Positions 1 through 13,212 are shown, counted from the stretch's first letter. The stretch is DNA of 64,000 nucleotides from an uncultured cyanobacterium (GCA_963744145.1 CAVUSO010000001.1:864001-928000); one strand, 5' to 3'. A program made the numbers and translations. The notes: generated from the letters alone by a model not told the origin.

Positions 1-3000
1 ACTGAATCCCGGCAACGGGACTGAAACCATAATATATATGAGGAATATAACATTTAATTTTTTGAATCTTTCTCAATACTGAATCCCGGCAACGGGACTG
101 AAACAAGTTAATTTAACTGATCCGCGAACAAATATTATTACTACTTTCTCAATACTGAATCCCGGCAACGGGACTGAAACTAGATTCTTCTAGATTATCT
201 ATGGAATCTATTAATGACTTTCTCAATACTGAATCCCGGCAACGGGACTGAAACATCTATCTAGACGTTCATCACCATCTAGTTCTATCACTTTCTCAAT
301 ACTGAATCCCGGCAACGGGACTGAAACGTTGAGAAAGCATACTGCTCTATCTGTAGGAATATTAAACTTTTTACACTTTCTCAATACTGAATCCCGGCAA
401 CGGGACTGAAACGATCTCAAACCCAGATTTAAGTCTGATTCTATTAAAAGCTTTCTCAATACTGAATCCCGGCAACGGGACTGAAACTTTTTAAAAAATT
501 TATTCATTATCCATGCCGAAGCTTTCTCAATACTGAATCCCGGCAACGGGACTGAAACTTCCCAGGTCCTGGTTTGAGCAGGTCGAATACTTCTTTCTCA
601 ATACTGAATCCCGGCAACGGGACTGAAACAACCTTGCATGAATTTGGTTAATAGCCTTAACTGGCTTCTTTCTCAATACTGAATCCCGGCAACGGGACTG
701 AAACATCACTTCTCCTAATCCTAACCCTATTCATCAAGTACTTTCTCAATACTGAATCCCGGCAACGGGACTGAAACCTGTCAATCCTTCAAAAGTTGGA
801 TCTTGACAATCAAACTTTCTCAATACTGAATCCCGGCAACGGGACTGAAACCATTTTGTTCTCTAGCAATATTGATTTCTTCCCACTTTCTCAATACTGA
901 ATCCCGGCAACGGGACTGAAACTTAAACTTTTTAATAGTATGACCAGACCGAATATTACTTTCTCAATACTGAATCCCGGCAACGGGACTGAAACAACCA
1001 TCCTAGATTAAGGATCTAGGAAGCTCGAATCTTTCTCAATACTGAATCCCGGCAACGGGACTGAAACAATGGATGATATAGCACAGCCTATCCTACGAGA
1101 TAGGCTTTCTCAATACTGAATCCCGGCAACGGGACTGAAACATGTCAAAATGACCGGATTCAATCGCCATTAACGCTTCTTTCTCAATACTGAATCCCGG
1201 CAACGGGACTGAAACATTCCTAAGCAAACTTTTTTGTCGTCATCGGGCAACTTTCTCAATACTGAATCCCGGCAACGGGACTGAAACTTCTTATGTTGAC
1301 TTAAGAATACATAGAGAGACTCTACTTTCTCAATACTGAATCCCGGCAACGGGACTGAAACTAGATACCCTTGCAAAGCTCCGTTAGTTCTACTACTTTC
1401 TCAATACTGAATCCCGGCAACGGGACTGAAACTTTACTTGAATCGTTTTTTTCGGAAGTTCAAGAACCTTTCTCAATACTGAATCCCGGCAACGGGACTG
1501 AAACTCACGGCCAGTGGCTCCGGTAAAGTCGGAGTTTTTTCTCAACTTTCTCAATACTGAATCCCGGCAACGGGACTGAAACATTTAAACCTAGTTTTTG
1601 GGAGTATTTCTGTTGCGGTTCTTTCTCAATACTGAATCCCGGCAACGGGACTGAAACTTCTGATTCATCTTTAATTTCTAATTCTTCATCTTTCTCAATA
1701 CTGAATCCCGGCAACGGGACTGAAACTCATTTTGCTCAAGGAAAAACTGCGCTAGCTCGATATGACCACTTTCTCAATACTGAATCCCGGCAACGGGACT
1801 GAAACGAGAGCGCGTTGCAAATTGATTCATACTCAAACTCGTCTTTCTCAATACTGAATCCCGGCAACGGGACTGAAACTTCCATCGTAATTTTCTGGGG
1901 TATAAACTTTGACTTTCTCAATACTGAATCCCGGCAACGGGACTGAAACCCATGTTAGTTGGACTTGGGAAGAAATCAATATCTTTCTCAATACTGAATC
2001 CCGGCAACGGGACTGAAACTTCCTATCCCTAATTCGTACAGGGGATTATATAGTTGATCTTTCTCAATACTGAATCCCGGCAACGGGACTGAAACATTCT
2101 GTTTCTAAAATCACTGGGATTGATAACGCCACTTTCTCAATACTGAATCCCGGCAACGGGACTGAAACATGAGAAGCGGGTAGATGTTCAATCTCTATTG
2201 ATTCAACTTTCTCAATACTGAATCCCGGCAACGGGACTGAAACTCCGAAAGCCACTGTATCCGTAACTCCAACCTGATTCCTTTCTCAATACTGAATCCC
2301 GGCAACGGGACTGAAACAACCATACCAGAGTTTTCCACCATAAACCCACGTTAGAAGAATGCTTTCTCAATACTGAATCCCGGCAACGGGACTGAAACAT
2401 ATTAAATGCAATCTGATTTGCAAGGGCAGACTTTCCTTTCTCAATACTGAATCCCGGCAACGGGACTGAAACAACAAAAAATGGATACCCAAGAAGCTGG
2501 AATTGTTGTAAAGCTTTCTCAATACTGAATCCCGGCAACGGGACTGAAACATTTGCCAATGAACGATTTTTACTAATTTGTTACTGCTCGGGACTTTCTC
2601 AATACTGAATCCCGGCAACGGGACTGAAACATCGACCCAGCAAGCAATAGCCCTTTACCAGCGTCTTTCTCAATACTGAATCCCGGCAACGGGACTGAAA
2701 CAACGACGACTAGAAATGATGAAGAAAATTTATTATACTTTCTCAATACTGAATCCCGGCAACGGGACTGAAACTAAACATAAACATCAGAAAAAGGTGT
2801 TACTGGATTAGCCTTTCTCAATACTGAATCCCGGCAACGGGACTGAAACGTTGGCCAAAAGCATCTTGACCTTTAAGCGTATAATACTTTCTCAATACTG
2901 AATCCCGGCAACGGGACTGAAACGTCTCCGGGAATATCCCGGCAATGTAAAAACTCACAACTTTCTCAATACTGAATCCCGGCAACGGGACTGAAACTTG

Positions 3001-6000
3001 GATATAAATCGTTTTAGGCAGACATCTTCTACTTTCTCAATACTGAATCCCGGCAACGGGACTGAAACACCTGACTCATTTTGTATGATCTTTTGACCAG
3101 CTTTTACGCTTTCTCAATACTGAATCCCGGCAACGGGACTGAAACTAATTTCTTTGGGGCATCAATAAGGCTGACTGAAGTCAGCTTTCTCAATACTGAA
3201 TCCCGGCAACGGGACTGAAACATCAAGGGAACAAAACTACAGAAAAGTCAGGATCTTTCTCAATACTGAATCCCGGCAACGGGACTGAAACGCTAAATAG
3301 CTACCTGATAATCCTAGAAAGACTACTTTCTCAATACTGAATCCCGGCAACGGGACTGAAACTCTTCTGGAGTGAAGGTTTGTCCAACGATGCTAGCAAC
3401 TTTCTCAATACTGAATCCCGGCAACGGGACTGAAACATAAGAAAAATAAGGGAAAACTCAAAACCTTACACCTTTCTCAATACTGAATCCCGGCAACGGG
3501 ACTGAAACTCCATTAACGCTTCCTATGTCTTGGCGACATAAAACAACTTTCTCAATACTGAATCCCGGCAACGGGACTGAAACCCTTTTGAAGCAGTTGA
3601 AATAAATGGGCCAAAGGTGAACTTTCTCAATACTGAATCCCGGCAACGGGACTGAAACAAGCAGAAGAAATTGTGATCATAAATCCCAATATGATCTTTC
3701 TCAATACTGAATCCCGGCAACGGGACTGAAACGAGCAAATGTCTGAAAAAGAGATGCAGAATACTTTAAAAGCTTTCTCAATACTGAATCCCGGCAACGG
3801 GACTGAAACTAACGGTTGTCCCTATTTGGCAGTCCCAGCTTGCCAACTTTCTCAATACTGAATCCCGGCAACGGGACTGAAACCTGACGGAGAGGGATAT
3901 TTGGGCACACCTCCACAACCTTTCTCAATACTGAATCCCGGCAACGGGACTGAAACACAGAAAGAAGAAAGAATGCGCGATATCTCCTCCTTTCTCAATA
4001 CTGAATCCCGGCAACGGGACTGAAACTTGAATTTGCTAATCCTGCCGCTGGAATTGCGTTAGGAGCCTTTCTCAATACTGAATCCCGGCAACGGGACTGA
4101 AACTTTTCTAAACAAGACGATTTAAAATTTATCAACAATGCTTTCTCAATACTGAATCCCGGCAACGGGACTGAAACATAAGAAAGCGAAAGAGTAGACA
4201 TAGAAAACCTCACTTTCTCAATACTGAATCCCGGCAACGGGACTGAAACAAAAGACGGACTATATTCACTGTCCCCATCACAGTGAAGGCTTTCTCAATA
4301 CTGAATCCCGGCAACGGGACTGAAACATCGGATTGTTGAGCAAGTCATCTCTTTATCTAATCAGCTTTCTCAATACTGAATCCCGGCAACGGGACTGAAA
4401 CAAACTGCTTCTCTACCGGAGAATAGCTCAACATCGGCTTTCTCAATACTGAATCCCGGCAACGGGACTGAAACCGAAATGATAAATCCAATTGAATGGA
4501 AAGGCTTCTTCTTTCTCAATACTGAATCCCGGCAACGGGACTGAAACTCGGAGAATGCCGAGCAAGTATCTGTTGATATTGCTTTCTCAATACTGAATCC
4601 CGGCAACGGGACTGAAACAGTCTTAAAATCATCTACATCAATATTTTTCCAACTTTCTCAATACTGAATCCCGGCAACGGGACTGAAACTAATCCGACTC
4701 GCTCACACAAATTTAAGGTAAAACTTTCTCAATACTGAATCCCGGCAACGGGACTGAAACCTTGCAAAAGTCCCAATTGCCGGGCGATCGCAAATCTTTC
4801 TCAATACTGAATCCCGGCAACGGGACTGAAACCATTGTATTAGATGGCGGTGGAACGCCTCGACCGAGCTTTCTCAATACTGAATCCCGGCAACGGGACT
4901 GAAACAATAGTCGATTTGCTATGATGAAAGAGTGGATAAAAACTTTCTCAATACTGAATCCCGGCAACGGGACTGAAACTGCTAGTCATTAATTTACCCA
5001 TGATATTCATGATAAAGCTTTCTCAATACTGAATCCCGGCAACGGGACTGAAACATCATAGTGGCTTTTTGTAAATTAGTCCAACTGCCGCTTTCTCAAT
5101 ACTGAATCCCGGCAACGGGACTGAAACTTTAATGGAAATGAAACAGCGCAATATTCGCTAAATCTTTCTCAATACTGAATCCCGGCAACGGGACTGAAAC
5201 TGATACCCCAGTTTTTCTACTTGCTTAAGGATTGCGACTTTCTCAATACTGAATCCCGGCAACGGGACTGAAACGTTATAATACCCATTTATAAATGAAA
5301 CTCCACAGCTTTCTCAATACTGAATCCCGGCAACGGGACTGAAACTCTGAAGAAAAAAGTGCAATAAATCAATCATTGCTTCTTTCTCAATACTGAATCC
5401 CGGCAACGGGACTGAAACATGCAGCTAGTCCTCAAATTATTAAAATTGCAAGTACTTTCTCAATACTGAATCCCGGCAACGGGACTGAAACGGGCACAAA
5501 TTCTTGCCACAGACACAGCTCAATTAGTACTTTCTCAATACTGAATCCCGGCAACGGGACTGAAACTCTGTAAAAGTCCGGGGATGAGAAATAAGTGTAA
5601 GTATCTTTCTCAATACTGAATCCCGGCAACGGGACTGAAACAAGCCAATGAGATGAAAGGAATATCGCCCGATGATTTCTTTCTCAATACTGAATCCCGG
5701 CAACGGGACTGAAACGATTATGAATCACCTAAAACCCTTCATTTAAGAACTTTCTCAATACTGAATCCCGGCAACGGGACTGAAACATTCATAATCTACC
5801 GCTTCTTTTAAAACCCAAACTTCACCTCTTTCTCAATACTGAATCCCGGCAACGGGACTGAAACTATGTGGTCTCTTCATCCCATAGTTTAGTTAAATCC
5901 CCGACTTTCTCAATACTGAATCCCGGCAACGGGACTGAAACTATACAAATCCAAACTCATACTACCATTGTAATCCTAATTGCTTTCTCAATACTGAATC

Positions 6001-9000
6001 CCGGCAACGGGACTGAAACAAACTAACCTCCTCTTCTAGTTCGTCTGACAGTTCCCCTTTCTCAATACTGAATCCCGGCAACGGGACTGAAACATGTGTT
6101 GGAAGAGAAATATATTGAACAAATTCCGATCTTTCTCAATACTGAATCCCGGCAACGGGACTGAAACAAGCTTACCACGATTCGTGGTTGAAGCTTTCCA
6201 CCTTTCTCAATACTGAATCCCGGCAACGGGACTGAAACTTACTACACCACCCACAACACCTCTGCCACGATTGAGCTTTCTCAATACTGAATCCCGGCAA
6301 CGGGACTGAAACGAGAGCTGATCGCATCAATACCTAAGCTGATACCCTCTTTCTCAATACTGAATCCCGGCAACGGGACTGAAACGCCCAAATTGCAGGG
6401 CACCGCGATGGAAGGATGATCGTCTTTCTCAATACTGAATCCCGGCAACGGGACTGAAACGACTTAGCTTTTTTAGTTCCCGATCCACCACCGGACGGCA
6501 CAGCTTTCTCAATACTGAATCCCGGCAACGGGACTGAAACAAAGCAAAAAAACTTTTTTCTCGCAATTTAGCAACTTTCTCAATACTGAATCCCGGCAAC
6601 GGGACTGAAACACTATATGTAATTTATCTTCATATAATATAGTAAAAGCTTTCTCAATACTGAATCCCGGCAACGGGACTGAAACCAGTTAATGGCATCT
6701 CAAATGCTGTTGCTGCAATCAATCTTTCTCAATACTGAATCCCGGCAACGGGACTGAAACTTCCTGCAAATACCAGGTGAAGTGATGCGACTAGCTGCCT
6801 TTCTCAATACTGAATCCCGGCAACGGGACTGAAACTTGAGAAAGTTGTCCAGATTGAATCGCTCCAGTTATCGCTGTCTTTCTCAATACTGAATCCCGGC
6901 AACGGGACTGAAACGAGAGTCAAGTGTTAGTAATTGTCCTGGGTCAAGCTTTCTCAATACTGAATCCCGGCAACGGGACTGAAACAAGAATAAGCCAGAC
7001 AATTTATTACCGTTTTCTGCTTTCTCAATACTGAATCCCGGCAACGGGACTGAAACTGGCTGCGTTCATATTTTTCCTTATTAGCTAAGTCTTCTCTTTC
7101 TCAATACTGAATCCCGGCAACGGGACTGAAACACGTTCTAATGATGGATTTTGACTTTAAATCAATCTTTCTCAATACTGAATCCCGGCAACGGGACTGA
7201 AACGAATCAGCTCATTTTCAAGCAGCATGGAATGATCCGACTTTCTCAATACTGAATCCCGGCAACGGGACTGAAACCAGAAAAGCTTTTGAGCCGTTCG
7301 GGTTCGGGTTGAGGACTGCTTTCTCAATACTGAATCCCGGCAACGGGACTGAAACTTAGCCTGTTACGGCATGACTTACTACGGAAAGCAGCTTTCTCAA
7401 TACTGAATCCCGGCAACGGGACTGAAACTAATAGCACCGCTAGAATTTTGACCAGAATAAGGTGCTTTCTCAATACTGAATCCCGGCAACGGGACTGAAA
7501 CCGATAACGATGTTATCAATGCGCCAAGTTTGTCAGCTTTCTCAATACTGAATCCCGGCAACGGGACTGAAACTTCTGCACTGATATAGAATAAATCAGC
7601 ATCTTGTCCCTCTTTCTCAATACTGAATCCCGGCAACGGGACTGAAACGATCAGGGAAGATTTTCTTACCTTGCTCATGGTCTTGCTGCTTTCTCAATAC
7701 TGAATCCCGGCAACGGGACTGAAACCTGTTCTGGTAGGTTATCTCCCGGAACAATTTCTAAATCTTTCTCAATACTGAATCCCGGCAACGGGACTGAAAC
7801 TCACTCAGACGGTCTGGTGCGTCACTACCAGACATACCACTTTCTCAATACTGAATCCCGGCAACGGGACTGAAACTATTCATATAATCTTCTTCTATAA
7901 GATAATGATCTACAGCTTTCTCAATACTGAATCCCGGCAACGGGACTGAAACAATATCAAGATTAAATTGATCATCTACAGGATATCCGATCTTTCTCAA
8001 TACTGAATCCCGGCAACGGGACTGAAACTATAAGATTAAATATACACCTGTATGTTTACATCTAACTTTCTCAATACTGAATCCCGGCAACGGGACTGAA
8101 ACTTTGTTTCCCTACAACCATATAGGGAAACGGAGACAACTTTCTCAATACTGAATCCCGGCAACGGGACTGAAACAATTATAGTTAGGATATATAATTT
8201 TAGCCAGACTGCTTTCTCAATACTGAATCCCGGCAACGGGACTGAAACTATAGAAGATAGATTATAAGATTAGCTACATCTACCTTCTTTCTCAATACTG
8301 AATCCCGGCAACGGGACTGAAACGATTACTATATAGATACTCAACCATAGATGAGTAAGCTTTCTCAATACTGAATCCCGGCAACGGGACTGAAACAGCC
8401 TGTTTACAATTGCATTTACAAACTTAGGAATGCTTTCTCAATACTGAATCCCGGCAACGGGACTGAAACATACAGCTTCACTGATTGCTTCACTAAAACG
8501 TAACTTTCTCAATACTGAATCCCGGCAACGGGACTGAAACACTCAGCTATGCCAAACCATAGATGACACTGCGACAGCTTTCTCAATACTGAATCCCGGC
8601 AACGGGACTGAAACCGATCGCTGGGGGTCAACTAGGCGGCGAAATCGGAGCTTTCTCAATACTGAATCCCGGCAACGGGACTGAAACGGTAACTTTGCAA
8701 TACTTGATATCTGCCATTTTTTGCCGCTTTCTCAATACTGAATCCCGGCAACGGGACTGAAACGTATATTTTGAAGTTCCTAAGACATAAAATAAATCAC
8801 TTTCTCAATACTGAATCCCGGCAACGGGACTGAAACTTTACAATGGTGGACAATGATATTAAACAGAGGCTGCTTTCTCAATACTGAATCCCGGCAACGG
8901 GACTGAAACATTTAGCTACTTCAGCCTGCTCCCTTTTGGCATCTTTCTCAATACTGAATCCCGGCAACGGGACTGAAACTTTACAATTACTCCGGCGGCA

Positions 9001-11699
9001 AAACCAACAGCTCCACTTTCTCAATACTGAATCCCGGCAACGGGACTGAAACCCCTCCAGGGACTGAACCCAACAGACCTTTAATTTCCCGCTTTCTCAA
9101 TACTGAATCCCGGCAACGGGACTGAAACATATGCTGGAGCGGAAATTTAATCAGCAGATTTCGTTAGCTTTCTCAATACTGAATCCCGGCAACGGGACTG
9201 AAACACAGACGATCATTCTTATCAAACTCCAGACCGGCAGGACTTTCTCAATACTGAATCCCGGCAACGGGACTGAAACTCCAAAAAGAATCCTAAAAAA
9301 CCACCATCAATAACTTTCTCAATACTGAATCCCGGCAACGGGACTGAAACAAATTACGCCTTCTTCTGTTAGTGTAAACCCATTGACTTTCTCAATACTG
9401 AATCCCGGCAACGGGACTGAAACGACAAGTCTTTCAGGGACAATGTTGCCTATTTTCTCTTTCTCAATACTGAATCCCGGCAACGGGACTGAAACCTTTA
9501 GCTCATCTTGATACTCTTGTGTTTCTTGAAACTCAAACTTTCTCAATACTGAATCCCGGCAACGGGACTGAAACCTTCCTGAGACATATTTAAGTCTTCT
9601 CTTAGTTTTGCCAACTTTCTCAATACTGAATCCCGGCAACGGGACTGAAACAGATTCAGATCGTCAAGACGATCTAAATCTGAAATCCTTTCTCAATACT
9701 GAATCCCGGCAACGGGACTGAAACATCTTATCTAGATCACGATGACAAAACTCATACTTAACTTTCTCAATACTGAATCCCGGCAACGGGACTGAAACCA
9801 ATCTGTTTTTCAATTGCTACTCCGGACTTTTCCTTTCTCAATACTGAATCCCGGCAACGGGACTGAAACAATTCTTGAGTTTTGTTGCGATCGCATCGGT
9901 ACGCAACTTTCTCAATACTGAATCCCGGCAACGGGACTGAAACATGCGACTAGCTGCCACTATACAACCTGACGATACAGTCTTTCTCAATACTGAATCC
10001 CGGCAACGGGACTGAAACAGGAACTATTTTAAAGGCAAAAGTAGATCAGTTTTATCCTTTCTCAATACTGAATCCCGGCAACGGGACTGAAACATTGTCG
10101 CAATACTAGAAGTTCCCGCTGCCGTTCCCGCTTTCTCAATACTGAATCCCGGCAACGGGACTGAAACATAATGCAGTAAAAATTACTACTCCGAGAGCAT
10201 GGACAACTTTCTCAATACTGAATCCCGGCAACGGGACTGAAACCTCTCCTTCAGAAATCAACTGATCAATAGAAATATCAAGCTTTCTCAATACTGAATC
10301 CCGGCAACGGGACTGAAACCAGCAGGTTCTGAACCGGGAGGGGTTGGCGTTGGCGTTGGCTTTCTCAATACTGAATCCCGGCAACGGGACTGAAACATAA
10401 AGATAGAGAGCCATACGCTCTTACCCTTTCCCCTTCTTTCTCAATACTGAATCCCGGCAACGGGACTGAAACATGGATGACAGGGGGATAATATCGGCAG
10501 ATTTGGCCACTTTCTCAATACTGAATCCCGGCAACGGGACTGAAACAAACGGTTAAAGTCTATCGTGCTGCTTACGCTGCTTTCTCAATACTGAATCCCG
10601 GCAACGGGACTGAAACAACCCACTCCATTGGCCATGCCCGTGGAAATTTCTTCTCTTTCTCAATACTGAATCCCGGCAACGGGACTGAAACTGTTGCTTG
10701 GGGTTCCGATGGATGACTATCTAGTCATCTTTCTCAATACTGAATCCCGGCAACGGGACTGAAACATAATCTTCTTTATCAATTTCTTCCTGAATCTCCA
10801 AGCTTTCTCAATACTGAATCCCGGCAACGGGACTGAAACTTGTTGCGGTTGGTGAATGTTCTGGGGGCGGAAGGTTGGCTTTCTCAATACTGAATCCCGG
10901 CAACGGGACTGAAACTTATCGCTTAGATCGAAACCTTTTAAATGATCTAAACTTTCTCAATACTGAATCCCGGCAACGGGACTGAAACACTTGATTGCCT
11001 CCCGTAGCGGAAAATAATATTAAATCTTTCTCAATACTGAATCCCGGCAACGGGACTGAAACCAATTTGTTCCAGATTCGTAACCCGAATTGATCCTACT
11101 TTCTCAATACTGAATCCCGGCAACGGGACTGAAACTGATTTTAATCTCCGAAGTTGTTTGTGTCTTTCATCTTTCTCAATACTGAATCCCGGCAACGGGA
11201 CTGAAACAACAGTTCTTCATAAATTAATTCGATGCAGTCCTTAACTCCAGCTTTCTCAATACTGAATCCCGGCAACGGGACTGAAACGAGGAAAAAATGA
11301 TCCTACATATTCAGAAAATCAAACTTTCTCAATACTGAATCCCGGCAACGGGACTGAAACTTGTTCTTAGTTCATCGTGATTCTCTTGTCCCGCAGACTC
11401 AAACTTTCTCAATACTGAATCCCGGCAACGGGACTGAAACTCGCCTCCCACTTCTTCAGTGGCGTAGTTCCGTCCGACTTTCTCAATACTGAATCCCGGC
11501 AACGGGACTGAAACTTTGCAAGGGAAGTAAAAAATCTCAACAGGAACTTTCTTCTTTCTCAATACTGAATCCCGGCAACGGGACTGAAACTAACCGTCGG
11601 TAGCTATTCCACCATCTCTTAATGTGGCTTTCTCAATACTGAATCCCGGCAACGGGACTGAAACTTGTTTGAAGACAGAGTTTTGCTATCCGAACTTGT

Positions 11700-12448
11700 T
11701 GTCACTTGAACCATAAAATGGCAGCAGGGTAGAACCATAAAATGGCAGTAAAAATCGCTGAAATACTGATTATTGGGTTGAGGCTAAAAGCAATTGAGGG
11801 TGGGAACGGAAGCATAAAATGGCAGTAAGTACCAGAAAATGGCAGCATTATGTAGCAATAAATACAAATAACTAACTAATAGCCTTGAAAACCTCTGGTC
11901 AAAAGACTTCAGCGGAATTGTCATTTAAGAAGAGCAAATAGACAATTTACTCTGGAGCTGGGAAAATTGGGCAAGTGAATCGCCGAAAATCCTCAGTTAG
12001 ACATCAAAGATGATGACAGTGTTGATTTTCTGGCCAATTGAGCGGGGATTGAGCAGAAGAGTTCTTGTCGGCTGAAAAGCTTACCAATCAAAGACTTTAA
12101 AGATGATCCTAGAAAAACCAGAACCATAAAGTGGCAGTAAATCAAAAAATCATGAAAAAAAACGGGGGAATGGGAACAATTGTTCGCTTGAATAGAAATG
12201 TGTGACCCTAGAAAAAACACTGGGAATAAAGCAAAAATGGTAACAGGAGAAGAGTTGAGCAAATAGTCTGGGAACATCAAATCTCGGCAGGTTATAAGTT
12301 ACATAGTAAATTTCTCTTTCACCACCCTGGATAATTTGTACTGTCCCAAAATAATTTATACTTTCTCATCTTTGTGGAAGCATAAAGTGGCAGTATCCTA
12401 TTGGAAGCATAAAGTGGCAATTACTGCCATTTTATGGTTCAAGTGACA
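11700..12448. mobile_element. Non-autonomous TGT...ACA element with Tn7/Tn5053/Mu-like ends inserted in the CRISPR array
   Basis: Perfect 25-bp TIR TGTCACTTGAACCATAAAATGGCAG (11700-11724 / 12424-12448). A 17-bp motif with consensus GAASCATAAARTGGCAG occurs at 11708, 11732, 11809, 11829, 12121, 12377 and 12404, and inverted at 12424. No transposase ORF. Confidence 0.85.
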
Positions 12449-12643
12449 ATAAGAAACTATGTTTCTTTCTCAATACTGAATCCCGGCAACGGGACTGAAA
12501 CTTATTCCCTAATAACCCTAGGGAATATTTTAACCAGCTTTCTCAATACTGAATCCCGGTAACGGGACTGATACCTCTCCACTCATCAGTTCGATCTTCA
12601 TTTCTAACACTTTCTCAATACTGAATCCCGGTAACGGGACTGA

Positions 12644-13097
12644 TCCCAATTTCGTAAATTAGCACTACAGATAATTGCTCCCTTCGACTCCGCCCTTCGA
12701 CTACGCGAGCGGGTAAACTCAGGGTAAACGATCGCTCATCTCAAGGAAACATCAACAGAATTTTGTCCGGATTTGTATTAGGGGCGAAGCATTCGGGCGA
12801 TAATTTATTACTCAAATTTTACCCTGAGCGAAGTCGAAGGGCGGTTAATATTTATATCCGAATGCTGATGCCTACGGCATCGCTACGTGAACGCCCAGTT
12901 CTTTGCCGAGAGTTCCCAAAAAATTCTTAACTGAATCGTATTGATATATATTTGATCGATTGGCTGCATAGATGGTGAGGGCTCTCGCATTTCGGTAATA
13001 TTATGCTTCGTTTGAGCTATCATTTATGCGCCGAAATGCTTTGCCCCTACAGTTAACTGAACCATATTGATTTGTAGTTAGAATTCAATAATTGGTA
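12644..13097. mobile_element. Nested MITE/REP composite inserted inside a CRISPR repeat
   Basis: Imperfect TIRs TCCCAATT.../...AATTGGTA with a TGA duplication (12641-12643 / 13098-13100). The repeat resumes as TGAAAT, followed by a 35-bp spacer. The interior has GGGGCGAAGCATTCGG REP-like hairpins and CTTAACTGAATCGTATTG. Confidence 0.7.
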
Positions 13098-13212
13098 TGA
13101 AATACGGTAAAAGGAACCGAATAAGTAGTGGGAGGAAACTTTCTCAATACTGAATCCCGGTAACGGGACTGAAACTGTTATTCGGTTTTCAAGGTTCAGG
13201 TCTGTAACTTTC

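Noticed and set aside
2924-9091. Spacers containing 9-10 nt pieces of the repeat (ATCCCGGCAA at ~2936, GGGACTGAA at ~9060)
   Set aside because: Short internal matches in normal-length spacers; insufficient evidence.
1583-10878. Possible overlap between spacers 1583-1620 and 10840-10878 (TGTTGCGGTT)
   Set aside because: Only 10 nt, and the adjacent base mismatches; compatible with chance.
223-11562. Many short ORFs in the ORF track (MPGFSIEK..., FQSRCRDSVLRK...)
   Set aside because: These are translations of the CRISPR repeat, not genes.
1-11664. Self-targeting spacers against genes in this window
   Set aside because: None noticed by eye; an exhaustive alignment was not possible, so no claim either way.
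11993-12280. 95-aa ORF inside the mini-transposon
   Set aside because: No transposase or other motif; low-complexity antisense reading of A-rich DNA.
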